A stretch of 64,000 nucleotides of DNA, taken from Botryllus schlosseri. Lineage: Eukaryota. The notes beneath the pieces were generated by a model. It ran no database searches and was not told the DNA's origin. It saw only the letters and a list, made by a program, of their open reading frames with translations. Made by a program: the position numbers and the translations under genes. Below, piece by piece: positions 48,692 to 61,296 of the stretch (the stretch's first letter is position 1; the number at the start of each line of letters is the position of its first letter). The stretch spans positions 33,852,001 to 33,916,000 of the forward strand of contig CM119373.1 in assembly GCA_051294905.1 (NCBI GenBank), written 5' to 3'.

Positions 48692-51600
48692 TTGTACTAC
48701 ATTGATGCAACGGTATCATCATGTTCCTAACATAAGGATAGGAAAGAAAATGCAACCCCACATGTTAGCAAAGAGTGATATCCTTGCGCTCAGGTGACAG
48801 AAGATAGACTTGATCAAAAAATTTAATGGTACAGGGCCAAGCACATATCTGGGTCTCAACAAAATCTACAGAAAGCAACAAAACACAGACATGTACGGTG
48901 GACACAAAACGATGGCAGAAAAGTACGTACCAAGTAATAGCCTAGCACCTGGGAAATCAATGCCAAATCGCATCACAAAAACGTACTATAAAATTGTAGT
49001 TTGTGATGCTAAACCACAGTTTCAGGAGAACCGATTTATAGTACTTGAACGAGTTACATATTTTGCAGCATCCCCTAACAAGTAGTGCTGAGCACAATTT
49101 AGTTCAGTTCATTATTAATTCTCTTCAATCCAAAACACGACTAGACTGCGATACAATGAAAAAATGGCAAGGTATCGAAACTATTTGGAGTAGTCTTTGA
49201 AATCAGACACCCACCCGGGCCTAAGCGAAGTAAATGGAAGGCATGCACACTGAACGAAGAACAAAAGAATATAGTACAAAAAGACAAGATACAAAATGAG
49301 GTGGCATGTGACGGAAGGCGAGATCGATATGTCACTTCATGGTCTGGTAGACTTGAGGACTGACTAGTGTTCCTTCAGTAGAAATTGATTGTATTTCAAC
49401 TTGGATATGGACACGCTCTGGGAATGCCGGATAGCCGACGAAATGACGATTCGAATGCTTTAATCCAAACCATGTAACAAATGTTACGATCTGAGGTGAG
49501 AAGTGACAGATGTTTATTTTCTGAGTACGGTACTGAGATCGTACGCCCCTTTCCATGAAAAGGTATATCGTCAACGAGAGTTTGACGCTATTTTCTCAAT
49601 GTGGAAGCGTCAAAACCGAATTCACAGGATCCAAAACTCATAGCAGAGCTACGCAGGTTACTGTTGATTAAATTTCAGCAAAGTCATAATCAACCCACAG
49701 CAATATCACAAATTGAAATGAAATCCGCATGGTCACAAAATACCATATTATTTACCACCTAGGCCAGTGGTTTTCAACTGGTGGGGAATTCGATGGTTGG
49801 TTTCTGGTGGGGTATAGACACATTTGTAAACCGTAATATACAGGATCGTCTACCACACATGCGCGATTACCGTTACCAGTTATCTAGTCTGGACTGTATG
49901 AATCAAAACTCATAAATTGAAAGTGTCCTCGAAGGACGCCTAAATGTCCTTCTAGTCAACACAATACTATCGGTTGACAATTTTCAAAATCACAAGTTTT
50001 CTTGAAGCTTTCAGAATTCATAACAAGTGTTCATTTTTTGGGATCTCAAAATATGGTAACCTATTTTTAAGGGTATATAGGAGTTTTGGGTAGTGGGGAA
50101 TAAAGACTCGGAATAAATCTGAAATGGGAAATGAAGACAAAAGGGTTGGGAACTACTGATCCAGGCCTACATGAGGTGTAAAAGTGACGTTACATTTTTT
50201 TGTGGCAGCATTCAAGTTATCCGACATATATGAAAAAACCAAGGATTATAGTTCTATGATGCTATATTAAGTGATAGTTCAATAAACACCTGATTCTCCA
50301 TCTCTTAACTCAGGTACTCGATTTTCCCAAGCCCTACTGACAAGCATAGAACAAACTTCAATATTTATAATGGGTATGATACATGTACGCCTACAAGGAC
50401 ACAGACCAAGAAACACAGAAAGATAGCATGAAAATGCACAAGCAATAAACAGAGAATGATCGTATGAAAAAGCAATATAAATGCCGCTACATAGTTTAGT
50501 TGCTTGATAGCAAAACTTGCTTATCGTGAAGATGTCAATGAATGCTGTGATACTACCTGCAACCAATAACTATAATTCAACAGCTTACTGTACTAGCTAG
50601 TTTCAAGATATCTCTCACAGTCTTATAGAACTTACGATTGAATTTGAAGAAAACGGTAGGTGTACTAAGTTCAATAACTTGGAAGTTTGAGTTCATCGTT
50701 ACAATACCAATGTGGTGGTGGTAAAAGCAAAAATAGATGCAACGCTGTAAATTTTATGGAATTACAAGTAGAGTTAGCAATATCTAAGACATGTCAAAAC
50801 TAAAAATGACTGATGACACAAGCAGGGTTGATATGACTCGAGTCGCGAATTTCCGTCGACTTGACTTGACCTAGCAATTTTCAGTATTGACTCGCATAAT
50901 CCCCATGACTTGTGACATTGTATATGGCTTGATTTAAGTCTCGTGATCATGGACGATGCCCAAAAATAGGCTCAGAACCAGTGTTTTTGTTTATTTGAAG
51001 AGACATAATGAGATTGATAAAAACGAGGGTCTTACGAGTTGGAGCCATCGAAATCACCAAAGAACTTTAGAAATGTGACTTCAACGTGACTTGAACTCTA
51101 TAATAAACAAGGAAGACTATGGCTTGGACTCGAGTCTCAAGACTGTGACTTGAAGTCGGCTAATTTTTCTTAGACTTGGACTAGGACTAGACCAGGTGGT
51201 GAGTGGTTAATATTGACTCGATTTCACTCGAGTCAAAGCTAAAAAAATTAATACTGACTCGTGACTTGGCTGCAACCCTAGACACAACACAGAATAGTCT
51301 TTAAAAAAAGAATCCATCGATATATGTTGTCAAATCCATGTGGTTTACATGACAATTTCACTCATAAATGTGGTAAAGCTTATTTCAAATTACTTTCAAT
51401 TTCTCAAAATCCAAATTGTGAAAAGTAATAATTTTTACCTAAGATTTGTTAAAGTAGAATGAGTCTGAAAAGGACGTGGGAAAGTAGCACAAGTAACCTA
51501 AACCTAAGCCTTTAGTACACTACACAGTCCACACCAACTCAAAATATTCTACAACTGTAAAACAACGATGATACAGAACTCAGGGTGATTTGGTTTACGA

Positions 51601-51895
51601 CATGCAGACAACGCCTTACCTATAGTTAAAACCGTAATGTAAAACAATGATGGAATAAAATATAAGAAAGGTTGAGAAAACTAAGAGACTTTCATCCAGC
51701 AAAAGGCATGCAGGTTGGCATATTCTAAATGCGAAGTCAAGTAGATGACCAAAAAATATTATCCAGCATATTTAATATAGACATGCATATAGATTCCCCA
51801 TGCATGCCACTTCACATGACATAAATGTCATGTAAGGCTTAATTCCGGTAAATTGAAGTGTAAATATAATAAGGTAATTCTTCCATACTCAAAAG

Positions 51896-53179
51896 TTACT
51901 TTGTGTCAAAATGGGCTCGCATGTGGTTCCTCAAACAGGAACTCCTGACGAATAACTTTCCGCATATTTCACACCCATAATCTTTTACGTTCAAATGGCT
52001 CTTCATATGTTGCCTCAGAGAATGTTTTTGAACAAACGCTTGACCACACGTTTGACATTTGAAATCTTTTAGATCCAGATGGATACGCATATGCCGATTC
52101 AAAGAACATTTTTGGTTAAATGAAAGGTCGCATCTCCCACATTTAAAATCTTTCACGCCATAATGGATGAGCATGTGTCGCTGTAGGGATAGCTTTTGAC
52201 TAAAATATTTGCCACAGACTTCACACTCGAATTTCACAGCAAAATGGATGAGAGTGTGATTTTTTAAATACAGCAGTGTGGAGAACGATTTTCCACATGT
52301 CTCACACTCATGTCTCTCATCGTTAGTGCGTGAATGGATGAGCAAGTGGTTAGCTAAACCTTCCCTTCGCTTGAACGATCTTCCGCATATTTCACACGAG
52401 AAATTATTCACATCCAAATGGATCGCCATATGCTTTCGCAAACCATCTGTCCTCCTATGTAATGAGCCACATATGTCACACTTCAACTCTATACCATCAG
52501 TGTGTGTCCTCGAATGATTTCTTAGAGACTGTTGATGCTGGAAAAGTTTACCGCATACTTGGCATTCAAAGCTTTTTACAGCAGAGTGGACGGACATATG
52601 TGATTTCAAAGCTGTCTTTGAGCAGAGCAACATTGCGCAAATTTTGCACTCAACTTTTTTGATAGCGGATGCATTATGGACGATCTTTTTATGTTTTCTC
52701 AAATCTTTCTTTGTGAAGAATGATCTTTCACAAATTTCACATTTGAAACTTTTAACGTCAAAATGGCGCAGCACGTGATTCTTCAAACCTCTCATTTCTT
52801 TTAGAACTTTGCCGCAAATTTCGCATGTAAAATTTTTTGTACTTGAATGGAACTGCATGTGCTTTTTGAGATCATCTCTTTGTCCGAAGGGCAAATGACA
52901 TGTTCGACAGGTCACAGTTTCCGTAGCAGAATGAAGCAGTAGGTGCTGACTCAAATTCCATTCAGAGGACAATGATTTGAAACAAACTTCACATTTGAAA
53001 GGCTTTACGCCAGCATGGGTCAGCAAGTGCTGACCTGAACTGGATTCATGCGCTAAGGATTTGAAATAAAGTTCACATTTGAGAGGCTTCACCGCACGAG
53101 TGTGAATCAGCAAGTGAATTTTCAGAGGACTCTCTGTGCTGTAAAATCGCCCACAAACGTCACACTGGTGGTATGGCAT
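51896..53179 (-). CDS. ZA2: C2H2 zinc-finger protein, 427 aa, 15 finger units
   Basis: Paralog of ZA1 that retains both His in fingers 3 and 8. Confidence 0.88.
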   Translation of the reverse strand: MPYHQCDVCGRFYSTESPLKIHLLIHTRAVKPLKCELYFKSLAHESSSGQHLLTHAGVKPFKCEVCFKSLSSEWNLSQHLLLHSATETVTCRTCHLPFGQRDDLKKHMQFHSSTKNFTCEICGKVLKEMRGLKNHVLRHFDVKSFKCEICERSFFTKKDLRKHKKIVHNASAIKKVECKICAMLLCSKTALKSHMSVHSAVKSFECQVCGKLFQHQQSLRNHSRTHTDGIELKCDICGSLHRRTDGLRKHMAIHLDVNNFSCEICGRSFKRREGLANHLLIHSRTNDERHECETCGKSFSTLLYLKNHTLIHFAVKFECEVCGKYFSQKLSLQRHMLIHYGVKDFKCGRCDLSFNQKCSLNRHMRIHLDLKDFKCQTCGQAFVQKHSLRQHMKSHLNVKDYGCEICGKLFVRSSCLRNHMRAHFDTK

Positions 53180-54256
53180 GGCGGAATGAATGAACAGTGT
53201 TTCTTGTCACCAGCTTCCACGAGTAATAACTTTACACAAATTTAACAAAGCGTGTTCAATTGTGCTCTATGATGAACTTGCTGCGTGTCTTGTAACTAAA
53301 ACTAGCCCAAATCGTCCCAATGCTCAAATCAGTCCGAGTTTGAAAATTCGAGGTAGTGATGAACGATGATAGAAGCAGAGCTGCCACAGAGGTATCAATC
53401 TATAAATTTCAATGCATCAATCTGAAAAAGTAAGCAGGACTATTAATAAATCAGTGTAAATATAACTTGTGGGAACTGACTACAGCCATGATCAAATGAT
53501 GTTCATATTTACCGCTTACATGCTGACACAACACAACAATATTTCTTTTTGAATTGACTGCAAAAAGAGCAGTGTGTCCGTCACATTTCTTTGAACTCGT
53601 CAAAAAATGATTAAAACACGTTAAGGCAGTGGTTCTCAACCTTTTAAACCTCAAGGCATGCTTTCGAAATGAAAAATAGTAGGGTACACACTAGCAAACT
53701 ACCAGAATACTTAGCAGCACCCACTGCAGTAGTAACATTGACTAATGGGCCAATCCAAAATGCTTCTGTATTAAAAGTTGAGAAGTTCTCACGAAAACAA
53801 AACAATTCGTTGAATTTCATCACAAAGAAAGTCAGCGCAAGATTCGTGGATGACTTCTAGCGCATATCTTTTCAATGTGCGGGCACTCATAGAATAATGC
53901 AATTTTCATCTTTTCTTCACGATCACCACTAACGAATACGGAAGAGTGGGAGCAAAAGCAATTCAATGCATTTTCACGCAAATCGTTTAGCATGTGCGTG
54001 AGGACTGAGGATAACCATACCTCAATAGTACTACTGGGAGAAACCGGCAGTTCAATTCCACTGACACGACATGATACTCTTATTACAATATTTGAAATTG
54101 TCAAGACAAATGCATAATGAGCACATTCAATATATTATATCAAGTCTAGATCATGGGACGACGTAAAATTTTAGTTTTAAGCTCCACTTTAACTGACACC
54201 TCTTGAAAAACACAACTGCTTGTGCAGAAAGAATACTACAAAGACCTCATGCATCA

Positions 54257-55879
54257 TCACAAAATAATTCCTGCCGAATAGACGTTGAGATCCAGAGTCT
54301 TCACGTCTTGCGAATCGAATTCTATCAACGTATTCAACAAATTCGTCTTGGGGTTGAATTCGAGGATACTCGTGCATGGTCTGTTAGAAAAGAACCCACC
54401 GCATATGTATACCCTTCCGCCAACACAATAAGTAACAAAATATGAACGTTGCAAATTGGGAAGTGGGATTTGCGTCCAAATACGTGCGTCATGGGGCAAC
54501 AGAAGGATGTTGCTTCCGTAAACTGACTTGCCACTAAGTCCACCAAGAACGTATATGCTCTTATTAAAGGTGCATGCGACTGCACCAGTTCTCTTATCCG
54601 GTAAGGATGGCCCAATTGACCAAGTGGATGTCGAAAAGCTGAAACATTCCACATCTTGCAATTAGTTATTCAGTCCATTAGAGCCTCCAATTACATAAAG
54701 CTTATGCTGGAAAATAGTGAAGGCAGACGAAAGAGTTCTATATTGCTTGTTGGGGAGCTTTGACCAATGGTTATTATTTATGTCATATTGAGCCAAACAG
54801 CAGCTCGGATATTCATTTGCTACATAAAATTTACCCGACTGGCAGGCAACTACACTGCTGTAATATGGAAATGAACGTTCAAGTTCTTTCCAGAGCGAAT
54901 CATTTTCGAGAAAATGACGATAGTACAGATCATACTTGCGATCAATAACATATATGTAGCATTCCATTATAACTACTGAGCCTGGTATGTAATTGAATGG
55001 CCGTAGCTCAGTGACCGACTTTCTGTCTATGTCAAACCACACGAGACGAGAAAGATCAACATTCACCATCAAAATACCAGGAGTACAGTCACCTTTGTAA
55101 TCACTGGCTTCTACATATGATTTCTCGGGCAGCGATTTCATGACGTACGTCATGCATTTGGTGGATTTGGCAACAGATTGTTGCTGAGATAAAAATTTAC
55201 GATATGAGATGGGTATTTTTTGCAGTTCAATATGCTGCAATAAGTCAAAAAGTTGATTGGATCGGTCCAAATTGTCGTTGAACCAAATCGTCGCGGCTTT
55301 GCACTTGATCACATCCAACATCTTCAAATCTTCAGAGGAAATCAAATATTCCAGGAATTCGAAATCAACTTCCTTGAATTCGTCCCTTTTCATGATCGCG
55401 TGAAAGTGTTCATGAGCAAAACTTCTGCATGCTTGCTGTAATCGTTGACAGGAATACTTATCGGCAATATTTCTGGTGTCGAAAAACGAGTCCACGTCAA
55501 GATTTTCATCCAGGAAAAGTGACAATGCATCGCATGCTTTATTAATTCCAAACAAATGTGCCACATACATCAGTTTTTCCGTTTTTTTAATCAAGAAGGA
55601 AGCTTGTCCAGTGTACATGATTTCAATGCAGGTCATCACACATTCAGGATCCACATTCTTTAAATCCACCATTCCCAACCTGTTCTCTTTTGTGTCGTGA
55701 TTCAGCATCTTTGCAAAATACTCGGAACTTGCGGCAATGACGCACTTGTGAACAAAGATTTCCTTTTCTCCCGCTTTGATAATGAAGTCGCAATACTGTT
55801 GATTGATTCTGAACTCGTCAAATTTCGACAGAAGGTCGAGGGCATGGCCCGTCTTGTCAATTTTCAAAAGATGTTCCAT
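54257..55879 (-). pseudogene. K5: BTB-BACK-Kelch (type B) with a premature stop
   Basis: TAT>TAA at 54662-54664 relative to K3 removes the last ~135 aa, which remain in frame at 54257..54661. Confidence 0.88.
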
Positions 55880-58800
55880 CACTGCTCACCAGTTTATATC
55901 CAAAATATATAGCTCACTAAAAAATTTAGAATAAAACTGTAACTGTAACATCAGATACATGGTGAGTTTAGTTGTAACATATTTATGCAACGGTATCATC
56001 ATATTCCTAACATACAGATAGGAAAGAAAATGTAATCCCCCATGTTAGCAAAGGGTGATATCCTTGGGCTTAGGGGACAGAAGATAGAATACCAAGGAAC
56101 AAATTGAATATTATAGGGCCAAGGACATTTTAGGGTCTTTAACATAATCGAAGAAGAAATACCTTCTTTATTCTACAGAAAGCAATAAAACACAGACATC
56201 TACAGTGGACACAAATAGATGGAAGAAAAGTACCAACCAAGTAACAGCCAAACCGAATCACATCGGAAAAACTTTTTAGCGTACGTAACAAAATCGTACT
56301 ATAAAATTGCAGTTTGTGATGCTGAACCTACTTATAGCAGTTGAACGAGTTACACAGTTTGAAAATTTTCTAGCATCCACAAACAAGTAGTGTCGAGCAC
56401 AATTTAGTTCAGTTCATTAAGAATCCACCTCAATTCAAAACACCAAAAGACTGCGATACAATGAAAAAATAGCAAGGTGTCGAAACGATTAGAAGTAGGC
56501 TTGTCTTTGACACCAGAAACCCACCCAGGCCGAAGCAAATTAAATGGATAACATGCACACTGAACGAAGAGTAAAAGAACATAATATAAAAAGACAAACG
56601 ACAAAATAAGGTTGCATGTGACGGAAGGCGAGATCGATATGTCAGGTCATGATCTGGTACACCTGAGGGCTGACTAGTGCTCATGCTCATTTAGTAGAAA
56701 TTGATTATACTTGAATATCGATACACTTGGAGCTTTGGAGCCGGAGCCATGCATTTTCACTGGAGCTCAACATGAAATTGTGTGACAATTAAACACGCGA
56801 AGCGTGAAGAAAAATTTCACTACTATTTTAGCTTATTGTAATGTACGAAGATTTACTAAAAATGTGACTGGATCCTGGATCTGCCACTACGTCGGAACTG
56901 ATATTTCAGTCATCAACATCCCAAGTGTCGCAGCCAGACTTGTTATTTTTTGTTGGCCTTGCAAGTTCATAATCTGAGCAATTCATTTTCGATAATATAA
57001 CAGGAAATAAAATAGGAAATTATCTCGTGGGCCACTCCAAACCCTCTCGCACGCCACATTTGGCCCGCTGGCCGCGGTTTGGCCACCCCTGATATAGACA
57101 AACCCATTCGATAATTTTCAGAGCCGGAGCCGGAGCTAATGTATGACGGAAGAAGGCTCCGGAGCCGGAGCTGGAGCAGTTAAAATTTACGCTGCTCCAA
57201 AGCCGTGCATGTAGGTCCAAATGGAGCATAGAGCGAGAAAAACAGAAATATAGTATGAAAATACACAAGAAACAAACGGAAAGATGGTACGAATATGGTC
57301 AAGCAATATAAATTGATGCGCACATGAATCTACAGAGTTTTTTTGCCTTGATAACGAAACTTGCTTATCATGAAGATTTGAATGAATACTGTGATCCTAC
57401 ATGCATCTTGTATCTGTATTTCGACAGCTTTGCATACAACTTAGCTAAAAGATATCTCTAGCAGTTCTACAGATCTTACAATTGACTTTAAAGAAAATGA
57501 TTATAATAACTTTGAAGTTTGTGTTCATCGTTTCACTACCGATGTGGTGATAGTGGAAACACCCCAGTATATTTTGCTGAATTACAAATAGAAGTAGCAT
57601 TATCTATGACACGTCAAAACAAAAAATGACTGATGACAAAACCAAGGTCGTGATGAATCGAGTAGCAAATTTCCATTGACTGGACTTGACTCTGTGCAGT
57701 CATTTTCTGTGTAGACTCGACTTTTAGTACAGTCATTAAGAATGACTCAAACAAGTTATAAGGCTAGAGACTATATATATGGATTGATTCAAATCTCGTG
57801 TATCAGGAACGTTACCAGAAAATAGGCCGATATCAATTGCTTCATACGTTTAATTAGACACGTTGAGACTTGATAAAAATGAGTTTCTTTTGAATTGGGG
57901 CCTTCGATATCACCGAGGAGCTTTTAAAAAGTTGAGTTGAACTCGGAACACTATGGCTTGTAGTTGAGTCTCAAGACTATGACTCGACTCAACCATGTTT
58001 TCTTTGAGCCGGACTAGGACTTGGCCTGGCGGTGAGTTTTAAATGACTCGACTTCACTCGAGCAAAATCTCTAAAAGTAATATTGACTTGTGACTTGGCT
58101 ACAACCCTAGACACAACACAAAAGAGTCTTCAAAAATAGAACACGTTGATAAACCCATGCGGTTATTATGACAATTTCACTCACAAATGTGGTGCAACTG
58201 TACAACTACAACAATACAGAACTCACGGTGATCTGTATCACGACATGAAGACAATGCCTTATCGGCATCTTCGAAAAAGAACATATTATCTATATGTGGT
58301 GTTGAACTGCCCGTTTTTTCTTTGTGGCTGAATATGAGCTGCATATATCAACATTATGATCGCTGTTGTTCTATGATGCAATATTAAGTGTTACTCGAAT
58401 ACACACATTCGATGCGCAGTCTATTACTCAGGAACTAGATTTTCCCAAGATCTACTAACAATCATAGAACGGACTTCAAATTTTTCAAGCATCAGTATGA
58501 TCCATGTAGGCATACATGGAACACAGAGCGAGAAATACAAAAATATTGTATGAAAATGCACAAGCAACATAAATTGACAGGCACATGTCGCTACAGAATT
58601 GGCTTGATCAATGACAAAACGGTACAGTGAAGTGAAGTAAAGTCGGCTGCATATCCTAAATCAGCTGATAAACACTAGGGGAAGATTGAGAACCGTGGTA
58701 TTAACAAGAGCCTTGATGAAGGCTTGTATCGCGAATAAGATGTTGCCAGCATCAATCAATTGTTGTCATACTTTGTGAAACAATTGTTGTTTTTACAATG

Positions 58801-59272
58801 TTCTTTCCATTTCTCTACTAGTTGCTGAAGATTACCCCTGACAAGTGTCAGGCGTAAATATTCAGGTTCATTTCAATATGAATATACCACTTAATTGTAT
58901 ATTGAAGTTTTGTACCTCCAAGAAGCTCTTAAAAACTGTTAAACTACGAAAATAACGAATTCACGGTGATCTGGTTTACGACATGAAGAAAATGCCTTAC
59001 CTATAATACAGAGACCATAATGCAATACCATAATGGAACAAAATACAGAAATGTCGAGAATGTTAAGAGACATCTATCCTGCAAATTGCATGCAAGTTTG
59101 CACATTCCAAATGCGAAGTCCAGTATATGACCCGAAAATATCATCCATCATATTTAATTTAGAAAAGCATGCAGATTCCCCATGACATGCCAATTCACAT
59201 GACAATGAACGTCATGTAAAGTTTAATTCACGTATATTGAAGTATTAATAGAATAAAGTAATCGTTACATAC

Positions 59273-60382
59273 TCAAAGTTCCTTCGTGTCAAAATGGACC
59301 TGCATGTGGTTCCTCAAACAAGAACTCCTGACAAATAACCTGCCGCATATTTCACACCCAAAATCTTTCACGTCCAAATGGCTCTTGATATGTTGCCTCA
59401 GAGAATGTTTTTGAACGAACGCTTGACCACACGTTTCGCACTTGAAATCTTTCATATTCAGATGGATACGCATATGCCTATTCAAAGAACACTTTTGGTT
59501 AAATGAAAGGTCGCATCGCTCGCATTTAAAAGCTTTCACGCCATAATGGATGAGCATGTGTCGCCATAGGGATTGCTTTTGACTAAAACGTTTGCCACAG
59601 ATTTCACACTCGAATTTCACATCAAAATGGATGAGAGTGTGTTTTTCCAGATACAGCAAGGTGGTGAACGATTTTCCACATGTCTCACACTCATGTCTCT
59701 CATCTTTAGTATGCGAATGGATGAGTATGTGGCGCGCTAAATCCGGTCCTCGCTTGAAAGATTTGCCACATATTTTACACAAGAAATTGTTCACATCCAA
59801 ATGTATCGCCATATGTCTTTCCAAACTACTCTCCATGCTATATAATGAGCCACATATTTCACATTTGAACTCGATACCATCAGTGTGCATCCTCGAATGA
59901 CTTCTCAGACAACCTTTCTGTCGGAAAAGTTTACCGCATACTTGGCATTCAAAGCTTTTGGCAGAGTGGATGAGCATATGTGATTCCAAAGTCGTCTTTG
60001 AGCAGACTAATTTAGCGCAAATTTCGCACTTGTATTTTTTGATACTGGTAACGGTATGGACGCTCCTATGATTTCTCAAATCTTTCTTTGTGGAGAATGA
60101 TCTTTCACAAATTTCACATTTGAAACCTTTCATGTCAAAATGGCGCAGCACGTGATTCTTCAAACCTCTCATTTCTTTTAGAATTTTGCCGCAAATTTCG
60201 CACGTAAAATTTTTAGTGCTGGAATGGAACTGTATGTGCTTTTTCAGATCATCTCTTTGTCCGAAGGGCAGAGCACAAGTTCGACAGGTCACAGTTTCTG
60301 CAGCAGTATGGAGCAGTAGGTGATGAGTCAAATTCCATTTAGAGGACAATTTGAAACAAAGGCCACATTGGAAAGGCTTCAT
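59273..60382 (-). CDS. ZB2: C2H2 zinc-finger protein, 369 aa from the first ATG (MKPFQC), 13 finger units
   Basis: Open frame 59273..60499. The ZA-type start ATG is ACA here and finger 1 has a frameshift and stop, so the start is uncertain. Confidence 0.75.
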   Translation of the reverse strand: MKPFQCGLCFKLSSKWNLTHHLLLHTAAETVTCRTCALPFGQRDDLKKHIQFHSSTKNFTCEICGKILKEMRGLKNHVLRHFDMKGFKCEICERSFSTKKDLRNHRSVHTVTSIKKYKCEICAKLVCSKTTLESHMLIHSAKSFECQVCGKLFRQKGCLRSHSRMHTDGIEFKCEICGSLYSMESSLERHMAIHLDVNNFLCKICGKSFKRGPDLARHILIHSHTKDERHECETCGKSFTTLLYLEKHTLIHFDVKFECEICGKRFSQKQSLWRHMLIHYGVKAFKCERCDLSFNQKCSLNRHMRIHLNMKDFKCETCGQAFVQKHSLRQHIKSHLDVKDFGCEICGRLFVRSSCLRNHMQVHFDTKEL

Positions 60383-61296
60383 GCCAGCATATATCCGTGA
60401 GTGTTCACTTGAACAGGATTTACTGGAAGAGGGTTTAAAACAAAATTCACATTTGAAAAGGCTCACAGTACAAGTGTGAGTCAGCAAGTGCTTATCCAAA
60501 TCACTTTATGTGCTGTAGAATCGACCGTAAACGTCACAATTCGTGGTATGGTGTGGCGGAATGAATATACAGTGTTCCTCGTGACCCGCTTTCTAGAGGA
60601 ATGACTTGCCACAAATTTGACAAAGCGTCTTTATCTGTGTGCTCCTCTACGGACTTGCTGCATGTCCTGTACCTAAAACTGCCGCCGATTGTTCCAATTC
60701 ATAAGTCAGTCAGAGTTTGAAAATTCGAGGTATTGACGAACGACTATGGAAGCAGAGCTGCAGCAGAGATATGCCAATCTAATAATCTTTACGCCTCAAT
60801 CTGCAAAAGTAAGCATATCTGTTATTAAAATTGTGTAAATTTTGTTTGTGGAAACCGATTGCAGCAGTGATCAAATGATATTTATATTCAGGGCTGACAT
60901 AACACAGTATTATTCCAATTAGAATTGACTGCAAAAGTGCAGTGTGACAGTCGCGTTTTTCCAGCTCGTCAAAAAACGGTCGAAACACATCAATGGGTGC
61001 CAAGAAGTAGACAAATCTCAAAATTTTCTCCGTAACGTCAGTAACATTTTGATTGGCTCAAAGTAACACATGAGCTCAACACTACAAAATTGAGGGAAAT
61101 TGGAAAGGAAGGAACACGAAGTCTGAATCAGCTGGGCTTACAGATAGTGAGAAAGCGTCATTAACACAGTTTTATAAAACAACGGATAACGGACAAAAAA
61201 CAACATCCATGCTTTCTCGCAAGATGTATAAAACCAAAGGCAAGATGTTTGCAAAATCACTAATTTTGAAATTTGATCCGTTAACGTTTTGTGGCA

